Positions 12,451 through 24,540 of a DNA stretch of 64,000 nt are shown here, in pieces. Under the pieces are notes generated by a model. The model had not been told where the DNA came from. It did no database searches and saw only the letters and a program-made list of their open reading frames with translations. Both the position numbers and the translations under genes were made by a program. The DNA is from Phoronis australis (taxonomy: Eukaryota; Animalia; Phoronida). The stretch's first letter is position 1. Each line of letters starts with the position of its first letter. The stretch covers positions 988,367 through 1,052,366 of the forward strand of contig NMRA01000088.1 of NCBI GenBank assembly GCA_002633005.1. Reading direction: 5' to 3'.

Positions 12451-13593
12451 GTGCTCGAATTTGAAAAAACGTAATTAAAGAGAACGCAGAAGTACAATTA
12501 TTCATTTTTTAATACTAAACTAAACTAGTGGTCAATGTGTGGTAGGAAAAGGTGAAATGAGACTCCTCAACTCATCAATTTTGGCTTCAAGTGGTGTTGT
12601 GTGATCTCAGTTAGATAATTCTCTCACGAGGAGCGCAACTGAATGTTGAGTCAAACTGCACTTTGGTTAAATAGCAGAGTGTTTTCAATTGCTTAAATCT
12701 CTAGCCTTGTTGTCAACAAACATGCGAGAATTGGCAATTTGTAACATCACAAAAATGCTACGGATTTTGTTGTTTTTATAGTTCAGGTCAAAGATGATAA
12801 CATCCAGAAGTTGACAAACATTTTAAATTTGGTCTGCACCCCACTTGTTGGTCACATCTTGTGATCTATATTTTCATGCTGGTTCAAGATTTACATATAA
12901 ACTTCACGATGTAGATGCCAGTCAAGAGTAATCCTGAAATTGCATTTTTGGCCGCGAAATTGATACTGTCCATAAAGGGCCATGTCACTCCAAGGGAGTT
13001 CTCACTTCCTGTCTGAAAATCTCAATGAAATAGACTGGGGACGGGTGGTATGGGCAACGTTTGCCAAAAATACGCCTAAAATACAAAGCCATCTGTTGGG
13101 CTTTTACTCAGATAGTAACGAAAGTCCTTGGTGTTTATTCAGTAACCTGCAGTTTGTTTCTGCTATTTGCATTTATACGGTAAATTCTAATATTGCTCAC
13201 TTTGATAAAAAGTCTTGGCATGTTTGTGGTATTTTCTAAATGAATATAGACATGTTTTAGTTTGTTATTTTCAAACTGGTGCAGTCCAAAACTTGATTAC
13301 TGTCGTCTTAAACACAGTTGTTGAAGGTGAAACTTCTGCTTCACTCACTCCCTTCAGTACTTTTTTTTGGTTTTCTGTGAATTGGTTATTTGTCATTAAT
13401 TAATATAATTAATAATTAATTTTTTATATTTGTTCATTCTTCAGCATGTCATCTACTATACAATTTTTTTCCTTTTCTTCAACAGGTGGTGGGCCCTGCA
13501 GATGGCTCTGCGTACGTCATCGATTACTACGGAGCTGCCGTCACAAAGTTACAACAAAACGAGGACACATACTTTGTACCCCAACAATACTGA
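4603..13593 (+). CDS. TM2D1: TM2 domain-containing protein 1 (beta-amyloid binding protein-like); exons 4603-4618, 6157-6271, 6698-6777, 8685-8778, 9264-9355, 10160-10233, 13486-13593
   Basis: Phase-consistent GT-AG splicing gives signal peptide-CTNLLMGQYKCLPPKIDEETQQP...NGHSFETALLLSIFLGMFGIDRFYLGYPAIGLLKFCTLG...MQVVGPADGSAYVIDYYG. The DRFYLGYP and GPxDGSxYxIDYYG motifs are typical of TM2D1. The 16-nt first exon is the least certain part. Confidence 0.93.
4927..5490 (+). repeat. Three degenerate tRNA-derived (SINE-head-like) units in TM2D1 intron 1
   Basis: First unit has A-box TGGCTGAATGG and B-box GGTTCGATTCC; related units at ~5103-5190 and ~5400-5490 end in agaattt(t)c...cagtg/cactg. Confidence 0.6.
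6272..6697 (+). other. U12-type (minor spliceosome) GT-AG intron, TM2D1 intron 2
   Basis: 5' splice site GTATCCTTA; branch point TGCCTTGAC (6681-6689) with its A 9 nt from the end of the intron; no polypyrimidine tract; removal restores GQYKC in frame. Confidence 0.9.
6436..6561. mobile_element. Short MITE (CAGGGGCRGATCCAG family) inside the U12 intron
   Basis: Termini caggggcagatccag ... ctggatctgcctatg; related to 15362-15512 and 44819-45138. Confidence 0.65.
7062..7445. repeat. Minisatellite, ~13 copies of a 29/30-bp unit (GAAGTGATTGGTTGGTGTGGCCACACTATT)
   Basis: Head-to-tail units with no spacers, in TM2D1 intron 3. Confidence 0.97.
12066..12180 (+). mobile_element. tRNA-derived SINE fragment
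   Basis: A-box-like GTGGCCTTGTGG, B-box GGTTCGAGTCT, followed by CCCTTGAGTGAGG, which resembles the CCCTTGAGCAAGG core of many metazoan SINEs. Confidence 0.6.
12400..12448. repeat. (CA)n microsatellite
   Basis: Direct dinucleotide repeat. Confidence 0.98.
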
Positions 13594-14675
13594 GTCATTA
13601 TCTTGGAGAATTCAGTGGGGAACTATGGGATGCGTGTCTGTTCTATGTGGTTGTTGAGGAATACATTTATTGGAATTCAAGTGCTAACTTATTAATATTT
13701 CTCTGATAATGTAGCTAGGTGCATTGCAAAGTAACTCAATATGGCAGTGTGAATGTTAGGTCTTATGCAAGTTTAGGAGTGAATATGGACCTCCACGAAT
13801 GATCATAAAATTGGTCTCGACCTGTACTTAACTCAGATTAGACGCAGTTTCTTGCCTTTTGAAGAACTGGCATATTGGAGCTGAAGACTGGACTCATGAG
13901 GTTGGATTTCATTTGTCACCACTGTGTACACCAATGAGAATATGGTTGAGTGGAATGGACTAGTTCCATGAACAAACACCAGATGTAGTGGCTAGTGGGT
14001 GCTTAACTGCTAAAGAAAAATGCATTGGGTTGGAAAGAAAGTTAAACACTTTGAATGTAGAACTCAATTACAAACTTAACGGCTTGTTACACAGGTTCAG
14101 TTTGTTTGGGGATTAGATGTATTCACTGGGTGAAGAAAAATCTATTTTTGTAACATCTGAGGTAATTAGTGTGAGGGCGTCTGTGCGATAAGGGTCCCAC
14201 ATGAATGCTGGTATTGGTAGCTCCCAGCTGTGCACACTAGTGTCACCTAGTGAATTTCAAGCTCCCGTCGTTGCTGTACCGTGAAGCAGCGTTATAAGAA
14301 TCTAATTCAGGATACTTGCTCGCTGATACCATTACAGAGTTACAAGTGCCAACTGTAAGCAAGTTAATTTGTTAACAGTAAACCTCATTTGCTACAAACA
14401 CGTCATAAAAGTCCCAGAAGGGTTTGTGTAGAGGTATAAGTTGGGAATACCGTACTTAGACATGTGACAATTGTCAAGGACCATAAGGACTATGCTTGGT
14501 CACAGAAATATGATCCTGCTGTTCAAGATGGGTGTATTTCTGTATGTTGGAGATAAATTTAATCATCATTCACCAAATAACTAACGATTTTGAAGAACAG
14601 ACCACAAGGATACTTGGTTGAATCAAATTCAATGCCCTGGGTTAATACATAGGTTTTTTGCCTTAAATGGTTTTG

Positions 14676-14681
14676 AATAAA
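14676..14681 (+). terminator. Candidate polyadenylation signal of TM2D1
   Basis: AATAAA about 1.1 kb after the stop codon, with a GT-rich stretch downstream. Confidence 0.4.
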
Positions 14682-15361
14682 AGTTGCTGGCAGTAAGACT
14701 TACCGGTAATTTACCATTGTGTCTGTGGTAAAAGTCCTACTAAGACCAAAAAGTGTCATTAAATTTTTCTAAAATAACCAATCTCCAGTTATCTTAGGCA
14801 CAGTTTTTCACCTTTTACAAATTTTGAAACAAATTAAAGGATTTCAGTAAAAACGTTAATGTAAAGCATTCATTGAAACCCGGCCATCTTTGTGAACTGG
14901 AATTTTAAACTGTTAGTGACGATTTTTTTTTTTAATTGAGGATGGTTTTCATGGCATTGCAAGAAATTTGAGGCGGATGTACCCACCAATGCAAATGAAT
15001 TTCACTTTAAATTTCCTTTTATTTAAAACCTGTTCAAAGCTGAAATGCTGAAAGTCAAAGATCGCATACAAGCAAATTTTGATAAATACAATTTCAAAAT
15101 CAAAAACGTGTCAAATTACAACTTTTTAGACTAAAGTAATTGAATCAACTCCGAAACAGCATTCTATCCGGCCTGCATTTCGTAGACCCTAGAAACAAGC
15201 GAAAATGCAAGACTTGATCGTGATATCGCCATGCATTACAGGAGAAGCACCTGATCAAACTTTACTCGTGAAATTTTAGCATGTACGGAACACAGCTCCG
15301 GGCTTACTTTCAAAGTGAGTCGTGCCCAGAGGCGGCTTTAGTGCCCCTGCCCACCCCCTCA

Positions 15362-15512
15362 CAGTGGCGGATTTAGAGGAGGGCCATGCCGGGCCGACCC
15401 TGAGATTCTCCCAACTTTAATTTGGCAGTTCGGGGGTGTGAATGTCTGACGGCAAAATCCTGGCTAATACTCTACCCTACCCCTCCAACTCAAAATCCTG
15501 GATCCGCCCCTG
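15362..15512. mobile_element. MITE (CAGTGGCGGAT...ATCCGCCCCTG)
   Basis: Terminal inverted repeats; same family as 44819-45138, sharing internal ttggcagttcgggg. Confidence 0.7.
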
Positions 15513-16771
15513 CTTNNNNNNNNNCCCCCCCCCCCCCCCCCCCCCCGACGAACTAAAATGTCAAAAATTATACTACATTTCGTACTTGATTTCTATTTAT
15601 GCATTTATTGATTACACGATTTGTTAATATCATTAGCGGTTATTACATTTGTGTAAAAATTCAAACATGGCTGAGTTTTGGCGAAAGTCTTATGACCCCG
15701 CACACTCGTCACAGCGATAGCTTCACTGTACACTCACACCACTGGTTAGCCAATCGCACGGTGTGTGACAAAACTGTTTCCGGCCGGCTTCGTTGATAGA
15801 ATATTACTTTTATCTCTCGTGTTAATTTGTGCAAGCAAAACCGGATATCAGATAACTTGCTATCTTTCAGTTGTGTAGGGTTGACACACCTTTCAAAATT
15901 AGTCCGGTAAATGGCATGTGATTCTCCCATTTCTTTTTCAGGACAGAAACCTAATGCTAGCGTGACGAGAGATGGACTTTTGATACTTATGTAGGGTCTA
16001 TTCGTGTTTTTCATGTCTAGGCCTGAAACGCCTGTCAGGAAATGTCTCTCAAGTTTTTCTGAGACGTGACTAAGTGGTTGGATTACATGATGACAATTGA
16101 TAGTTTGGTTCTGAATCTGTGTTTTGATTCATTAATTTGACGAGAAAGCCCGATTTGGGGACCAGTGTACTTGAACTGAAGCTTTCATGTAGTTTCAGTG
16201 TAGACGGAGCCCTTTTAGGCGCCCAACTAAGTTGGCCGGTAGTAATGTCAAGTTACATAGGCCAACACTAGTTAACCAAGCGGTTATTATTTTTGTTCAG
16301 TATGCAACAGATTGGCGCTACATAACCAATGTATTGCTGGCTGAATTCAAAAACTGAAAATCACTAACAGTTTTCAGTTGTTAACACATATAAACCATTC
16401 ACCGTTATAGCTTAAATCAAAAAACGGATAAGCACGCTAATGATTCTACCTTGTATATAGCAGATAAAAATATTGAAGATATTGGAAAAGCCCTAAGGCC
16501 GACTTAGTGGGTCTCAGTTTCAAATTGGAGTTCTGAAATTAAAATGGTTGTAAACACTCAAAAGACTAAAAATGTGCGTCTATAATCTCCAGTCGAAAAA
16601 GGTCCAAAAAATCTGTTCAATTTAATTTGTATATGCCCGGTGACAAACTAGACGATGTTGACCAACAAAAATTACTTGGATTCAAAATTTGGTAAATGTT
16701 TAACTTGTTCTAAACGCGTATATGACACTGAGTCTTTTGCGCAAAATTAAAAATTATATACACATCAAAGG

Positions 16772-17009
16772 AATTGATTAAATACACGACACTTGTCATT
16801 ATTAACAGTCCTCATTCCGTTCCGTTCGTATCCTCGGAAGAAACAGAACATTGGTGAAGCAACTGACCAAGATACATGATTAAAAGACGCACGATATTTC
16901 AAAACATACTTGTTTCATTCTCAAGCGGAAATGAAAACCTTTTTCGTGGATAGGAACGGAACGGAATAAAGACTGTTGATAACGACAAGTGTCGTGTACT
17001 TAATCAGTT
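16772..17009. mobile_element. Foldback/MITE-like inverted repeat with ~55-bp arms
   Basis: gattaaatacacgacacttgtc...ttccgttccgttc versus gaacggaacggaa...gacaagtgtcgtgtacttaatc. Confidence 0.75.
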
Positions 17010-17245
17010 TTGCATATCGGAAAACGTGTTCCCAAAGTACAGCCATTAAAGGTTAAAATTTTACTCCTTGTGTATTATGCCCCATCTCACATACTGTAAA
17101 ACTATATGGTCTGTCCTTTCTTCTACTCTTATGACAAAATAACTTTATTTTTTGACATTTTTATATTTCTTGTTGGTATATAAGTTTTATATTTAACACG
17201 TATTATCCTCTATAAGAAAATTTAACTATCCATTCATCCTTCCAT

Positions 17246-17468
17246 CATGCACGCACTCAGGGGGGGCTCATTTGGCGAAGTGTTCAAAAAGGTCCGCCTG
17301 TGAGAAACAAAAAGTCCGAAAAAATGTGACAAAAGTCCGCTAATCAAGCACAAACGCGTAATTCACGGTGGTGTGCTTTTTTTTTAGTCCGCCGGCTATT
17401 TTGTTACCAAAAGGTCCACAACGTTAGGAATTCGATCCCCCCCATATTGAAGGTTGTGTGCGCGCATG
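17246..17468. mobile_element. MITE (CATGCRCGCAC termini)
   Basis: catgcacgcac ... gtgcgcgcatg with internal aaaagtccgc subrepeats. Confidence 0.55.
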
Positions 17469-18130
17469 TCCATCCATCTATCTATTTATCTTAATATTGA
17501 AATAGCGTTCACGTTACTGGCCTACCTTCATCCCAGGATAGTGAAACCCATGAAAATTAAACCTAACTTAACCCCCCCCCGCACCCCCATCGTGTTTTAA
17601 TCACTCGACATTTTAAATGTTAGCATTAAGAAAAAATCTAAAGGACACCGGAGGCCACAAACGGGTCACCTTGAATGCATGTCAATTGGGGCTTATTTTA
17701 ATACATGTTCAGATATTGACAGGCGCACGGGCCTGCTTCGGTTTCTTGTTGGAACCCTGTAGTTATAATTTCTCAAGGTTTTTAAAGTTTCCCAATGGAC
17801 AGTTCAGCAAATGTCTATCAGAAACAAGAGTAGAGTTCAGTAGCTGTCTCGCGGCGAGAAATCTAGCCAAAATCACGTGCTCTCATTTAACACACACGGC
17901 AATATCTCGCGTGGTCTTACTTTTCTAGCGAGGTACTAGCATTTTTTAACGCTACCAAGGTCTTATTTACATTATTTTATAACAAAATCATCAGGTAGAT
18001 CGATTGCTTTAGATGCCCGTTTCTAAGTAAGTCACTTCTGTCGTTGTTCGAAACACTGAAATTTGCAACTAGGCAAACAGACATCACGACTATGATCCCT
18101 TCCGTTTATATAGGTTAGTAGGCCTACGCA

Positions 18131-18292
18131 CAGTGCTGTAGTGGTAAAAGTAGAGGTAAGTAGGCGCCGAAAGCCCACCGTATCACCTTGAGCACTGAAC
18201 GTAACTTACAGTGCGTAAGAGCTACATTCAAATGCCAAAAGGTGTTTGGCTGCGCCTACATGTACGTGCGCCTACGCCCCACTACAACACTG
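18131..18292. mobile_element. hAT-like MITE
   Basis: TIR cagtgctgtagtgg / ccactacaacactg; imperfect 8-bp TSD cctacgca / aatacgca. Confidence 0.65.
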
Positions 18293-18510
18293 AATACGCA
18301 TAGGCTTAGGACTAACTGAGGTTCCAGAAAGGTAAGATGATGGGCTTATTAGCGACGATTTCTGTTGTCCAACGTTACTCTTCAGTTACTCCATGATTGG
18401 GGGACCCAGGCCTGGTCATTTGATGAAGTGAATCCTAAGCTTTATCAACTGTTCAGAGCTTAAGTGAACGGATTCCCACCGTGTCATCTGGTAAATGTAG
18501 AATACCTCAA

Positions 18511-21500
18511 TCACTCGAAATGTACCAGTTTAAAAAACGATTCAGCCATTTGAAACCGGTAGAAAACCACGACTGGAAATATGAACAAATTAACATAAAT
18601 CCATCGCGTGCCAAACACCACCAACAACACCGGGTGGGATCTTCCGTAATGGTGAAATGTGCAGAAGGAGTCAATGATCCATATGGCAGCATTCCGTAAA
18701 GATAGGAACTTGAAGCAGTTCTTCAAAAGATTTTTTTGGTGTTCTTCCAGATTTGGTAAATGATCCTTTTGGCTAACTTTGAAGAAGAGAGCGCACTGGA
18801 AGACGGTGTCCAGGATATAGATGCTGTATTCGACGACGACGAACCAAGGACTGGTGGCAAACTCTGGAAGACTTTCCAAAGACTCCGATTTAATTACTGC
18901 GCAAACTCCCGCAATCAGGTTGAAGAAGTCGATTACAAGCAATCCAGTGCTGCTGAGAAGTACAGAAGCGTGGGTTAACTGGCTTTTCGCATTAGAGTGG
19001 CTCTTGATAGTGGATAACGCAACTGTGCATAAATAGATAGATAAAGCAGCCAGCAGCATTTGGAATACGGAAAATGCGTCGGACAACGAGCGGGACCGTA
19101 TTTGTACACCGTAGTAATATAGAAATGACACGCCAACGTAAACAATTAGGAAGACAACGCTGATTTTGAAGGCTTGTGCCGGGAACGTTTTCCAAAAAGA
19201 ACAGCAACGTCTTGCAACAAGATTGTTGGAGCCAGCAGTTGCGAAGAGTGGCACACTTTCGTCGCTGTTGTAATTCGAAGGGGGGTCCTGAAATGAAGTT
19301 GTACATCGCGTTATGAAATGTGGACGTCACAGTTTTTGCGCGAAAATAGAAGCACGTTTGATATGTTTCTTAATTGAAAAGGAAATCGATATAAACATGC
19401 ACTCGTTGCCTTAGGTTGCGTGAGGAGAGGTCCCTTTGATCAAGATCAGCATAAAATTGGTGAGATACACTTCATGAGGTTAAAGGTGTAGACTACGGTG
19501 TTTCTGTTAAAAGAATTCAATATTAGACAAAAGCCCCTGTTTTTTAGCTGAAATGAGGAAGCGGTAACGTGTTAAGGGAAACTCGGCCTGATATATTGAT
19601 GGGGAGCGCGAGTGAAGGGCAGAAATGTCTACCCTTATCGGTGACATCATGGGCTCTCACTTTGGTATTGGTTGAAGTTCAGCCAAAATTCAGACCATTT
19701 GCCCATCATCAGAAATGTGATAAAACGGTGAGGCTTCTCTTTTCTGGGCAAACTGACCCCATCAAGCTTGTTCCGGAAATTAAGGCCGTTGTCTCAGGTT
19801 TTCGAAAAAATCGACCCTACGTACAGTTTTTCCCGCGAAAGCTGATTTAATTTAGTGATATGAAAACTGAGTTGTTAGATGACAAGACGTTAAACAGTGC
19901 TTCAAACAATTCCGTTTGTCACCAACTGATTAGGGAGCGAAATTCTTGCTTGGAGAGAACTGATATATCGGATACGTAGTAATCGGCGACCGACTGAAAG
20001 TAAACTTTTCTCTTGTGTGTCACCCGTTTTACTTCAAGTGAAACCAGTAGGCATGACAAGTCTATTTAGATACATCAACTTGTTTCCATGCATTCTGTGT
20101 CTACCTTCTTTTCTACTTCCAGTAAACTAGAACAAATTTTCGATGCGTTTCACTTCCTGCTCGGCAATAAGTTTAAAAGCCACATCCTGCTTATAATAAG
20201 TTTCCGACAATGGTGGCGCCACATGCAGTAGCAGTGAGCATGATATCCAATAACAAAATACTCCAGTAAGACACCGCTAAGACGTTAGAAATCAGGTTGT
20301 GGGCTTTTTCAAAGCGGATTTGTCCATTTTAGGAAGGCGTGTTCTATAGAATTATACCCACTGGCCGAGATCATTTGATTAATTAGTGAAAGACTGGAAA
20401 CATTATAAGGTTTCCTAAAGCAATTTTAGATTTACACTAAAAACCAGTGAAAAGTTAGTATGGACGTCAAACTCTGGACAGCGGAAAAGCGAGACAAGCA
20501 CCCGGCTGTCTGCCTCCGGAACAAGCTCGGCATTTCTGGAAACGTTCAACTCATCTCGCACGACAGTCCAGCGTTCAATGTTGTTCCCAAATGCTTTTTC
20601 AAGAGATGAGCTTCAACACTTCGTCCCTTTTTTCACTGACACACACTGTGGAGATTTACCATCGGCGGAATTCAAGTACAATACACACAACACCGCTCAC
20701 GTCAACCATTCATATGGCACCTTGCAACGAAACGGGTGGTGAGGCGACTGCCTCGACATCAGTTAACTTTGACTTCAAGCCTTTGTTAGGCATTAGCGAT
20801 TTATAAAAGAACATAGGGGTCGGGGGGAGGGGGGGGTTGGCTCTGCACATACAATAACGCTTTGCCGAATTCCCCGAGGCAACATGTTGCCCCCCCCCTT
20901 TTGGTATCCTAGATACGCCACTGAAAAGTCACAAAAACGCCCCAGATTTTGCTGTTTTAGCTCCGGTCAAAGGTGAATGATAACCAAAGAAAACATTTCT
21001 CGGCCAAAAAGCCGATTATCTCCCTTTAATTGAGTGATATTCGGTCATGCATTATTTTACAAAGGGGTTAAATGAAACTCAAGAAGAGCACCAAATTGTT
21101 CTCGTTTTACTCAAGATTCGAAGATAGGTTTCGGTCACCGGTAAATATTGATTGCAGTGAATATGTTGAATTTGTGTTTCGGCAAACCTGAAATACGAAC
21201 ATGGGCGGCGCATCACTGAAATAAGTGTGGGGCGCTATAGCCCCCAGCCCCCCTGAGGTGGTGCGCCGCGCATGACGAAGCGCTTTGTTAAAAGGATACC
21301 AAGGCCTGTTTCAACCTATTAAAATATACTAAAAACGTCTTATATTATCCAATTCTTTGAAACAAAACAGTGCTTTGTAACCCACAGACAACGCTCAAAA
21401 GATGAAAAACTCATTTCAATGTCTGCTAAACGAGCAAGCGTGACCTGCGCTTTTAACGAATTATACGGCAGCTGTGGGGAAAACCACTCACCAAGAACCT

Positions 21501-23434
21501 ATAATCTCTGACATTGGGAGTATGAGTTTTTAGCTGATTTCTGCTTTTATCTTTCACTGAAGAATGACGCCAATAATGATGTAATAGCAGATGACAGAAC
21601 GAGGATTGGCTTAAGTCAACAGTGCTTAGTATCCCTTTAACTTTCGTAATAGATTCACGCGTTTGAACGGCTGGTGTGGCTAGGAAATGTTTGCACCTGC
21701 ATGTAATACGAAAAAGGGTTCGTTGAAACAAAGTTTACGACGTTTGACATCTGACACAGCACCAGATACTACTTTGAGGTACTCAATACAAACAAAAAGA
21801 AAAAGCCGATCTTCACATTGTGTGGGACCATATTATATATTGACAAGTTTATGAACTCAGCCAACTATCAACAAAAGTTTAGGATTTAACAGAGGGAAGG
21901 CTTATATTTTGCGAAAGCAGAGAGCCTGTGGATTGTGATGGTTGACCGAATACCAATCTGCCATTAATTGGGTCACGTGACCTTGTCTATTTATTAAAAT
22001 TCACCAAGATAGAATGAAATATTCGTACAGCGAAACAACTGTGCGAATGACAGAATGAATGTTCACAAGTGGCCCCGTGACATAGTACAGGAGAAAGAGT
22101 AGTTACATATCATCGACCTGTTTGCGCGAATAATATGACATAATTCCGTTTGATATAAAAGTTCAAACTGAAATCTCCAAAACGCTGTTACAATTTTCTA
22201 AGTCACCCTTTTGTTCTCGTATTATGCATAAACATCATGCAAGTCCCAAATTTGATAGTCTCTCAAGCAGTCAATCCCAATAGCGTTTTTGAGGACAGTG
22301 CATAAATTACATTTGACTCTACTCCGTTATCTCTGAGTTGATTTTCCGACATCAGCCAATGAAATTTGACATACATTTTTGAGAGCCCGACGCATAATAG
22401 CAACACCAGGAAAATCATTAAAACGGCCTTAGACGTTGTTGTTATTTCTACAGTCTGCTGCGCTGCAACTTCAAGAATATTGTTAAGAAGCAAATTAGTT
22501 TTGGTCGTTGTAGTTTAGAAAACTGCAGCAGTCATTGTAGGAAATACTCTCTTCTGAAGTTAGCTGAACGCAAAACATAATCTCGGAAGTGAATTAACCT
22601 TTGTCACCTCACCTCACTGACGAGTGCATCTGGTGTTACGGTTTCTTTGCTGCAAGAGACGGTACTGAGCTCCGTGGCTGCAGGTTCCAGTGAAGACATG
22701 AGAACGCTGTAGATCAGCTCTACAGCAACAAAGGAAAATTCCATCGTGAACGGTTGCAAGTATTGGCGCCAAGATTCCGCAGTTTTGGCCCACGATGAAT
22801 TAGTCGGAAGGCAATCGTCGCTTGAATTTGTAATGGTCTCTGGGAACTGCTTGTCGTCGTCTAAGGCGTAATAATAAGCTCTCAGCGTTTTGGCGTCAAA
22901 CTGGAAACTGAATAACCACACCAGTGTATTGACGCCAATAATCAAACAAATGGGACCCTTCCTTGGTGTAGTAACAACGTGATGAAACGCATGCTGTAGG
23001 AAATGAATTTGCCCGAGTGTGAAAACTATTTTGACAACGTGAAATATCAGCAGAAAAAATAACTGAACCCTGCATGTTATTGAAGAAACAGTCAGAGAAT
23101 CGTGAAAAGACACGCCAGCATAAATTACTAGAATTGTGTCCATCACCATGGCGCCCCCTCCGAATACCCACAACCCGCCGAAAGTCTTTGCAAGTACCGC
23201 GATTCTGCCCTCGGTTTTGCTGCCTGACTGGAGTTTCTTGCGAGTGTTCTTAGCGCAAGATATTTCCATGTAGATGACAGCAGTTACTTGCAGGACAGAG
23301 ACGACAATAAGTGCGCACAATGGACTGATGGCAAAGTGCGTTTCTTCCGTCATTTCCTCCGCGCCCATAAGCGCCACCACAAAACACGTTATGGCCAGCG
23401 AACACATTACAGTAATTGGCTGATCGAGTCCCAT
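18511..23434 (-). CDS. Otopetrin-family proton channel, divergent; 2 coding exons 23434-22613 and 19287-18511, ~532 aa
   Basis: Phase-0 GT-AG join (LVSE|DPPS); about 12 hydrophobic segments; otopetrin motifs GLWVFGGG, TLGQIHFL, GVNTLVW, YLQPFTMEFS, DTVFQ, LRNAAIW, PVVVFYRF; strong Kozak aacATGg. Confidence 0.85.
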
Positions 23435-24540
23435 GTTCAAGTCTCCTGCAACACGACTCGTATGAGAATAGCCACTAAACACTCAATTTTTTTCTGCGAA
23501 GTGCACAGCCTCGGTGCTACAGCTCTATCCGATCAAGGAGTCGGGCAGTCGATGCATACACCAACGCTGCGGCCTCAGTGTCAGCAACCACCCGCGACTG
23601 TTAACAAGTATGCCCTCGAACAGAATCCGGAAACAAAATGAACCAGTGTTCAATGCACAGTATTTATAGCAGTCTTCTGTTGACTCTGCAGTACTTCCTG
23701 CATGAACACTGCTTCCTGGTTCCGAGGTTTTCCATACACAACACCAGTAGGAAGGTGTACATTCGCTAAATGATCGGCAACGGGACCAAACGAAACCACG
23801 TATTGCTTGAATATAGTTTCCACCGTATTGTGGTATTGGCGATAGGCCTACGCCCAACCCAAGTGCATAAATGCAATAGACAGCGATAAAAGGAAATAAA
23901 AAAAAACTCCGAGCATTGCAGATAGCTTAGCCCAAACAGTTTATTCAAAAAAGGAGACGGACGAAATTCGCAATTGAAAATTCAGTTTTGGGGGCCTATT
24001 TCCTCATCAGTTGTGAAGGGAAAAGGTTTTAAGGCCCAACAAAACGTTCATTGCACAAGACGTTGCATGTACTGGGCTTCTTTTCAGAAAACTTAGTAGT
24101 AGCGTAAGTCACCTGAATGCGTAAACCAACGTGACGAGAAGTGATTACGGCACAAAGCGCGACGAATTGATTGTTTTAGTTTCAGTTTCGGTCGATCTAA
24201 GATTTGCTGCGTTTTCCTCGGAAATTGCGTAAAATATAGTTTTGGCGAGCTTTCGCGCGCCATGCCTTTTTAACAGGTTTCGTGTACGACGCGAAATGAT
24301 TGTTAGGGTTGCAACAATTAGACAATTCGTTATTGGTAGAGACCGTGTTATGCTCCAACGCTACATAAAATGGCCAGCCGGGTCAAACTCGTTTCTGATA
24401 GAGACCATGCACCGATAAGCAAATAAATCGAATTAGTTATATTGATAAGCCGCAATATTATCAGGAAGAATTGGAGATGTCGAAACATTTTCGAAATGTC
24501 CAAATAATATAATTTTATGGAAACCACGAGATTGGATCTT

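Noticed and set aside
18481-19036. Plus-strand ORFs antisense to the otopetrin (and similar ones over SLC52 and tubulin)
   Set aside because: Expected shadow ORFs of real coding sequence
23525-23857. Cys-rich 110-aa ORF upstream of the otopetrin as an N-terminal extension
   Set aside because: Non-ATG start, separated from the otopetrin frame by stops, no recognisable domain; probably 5' UTR
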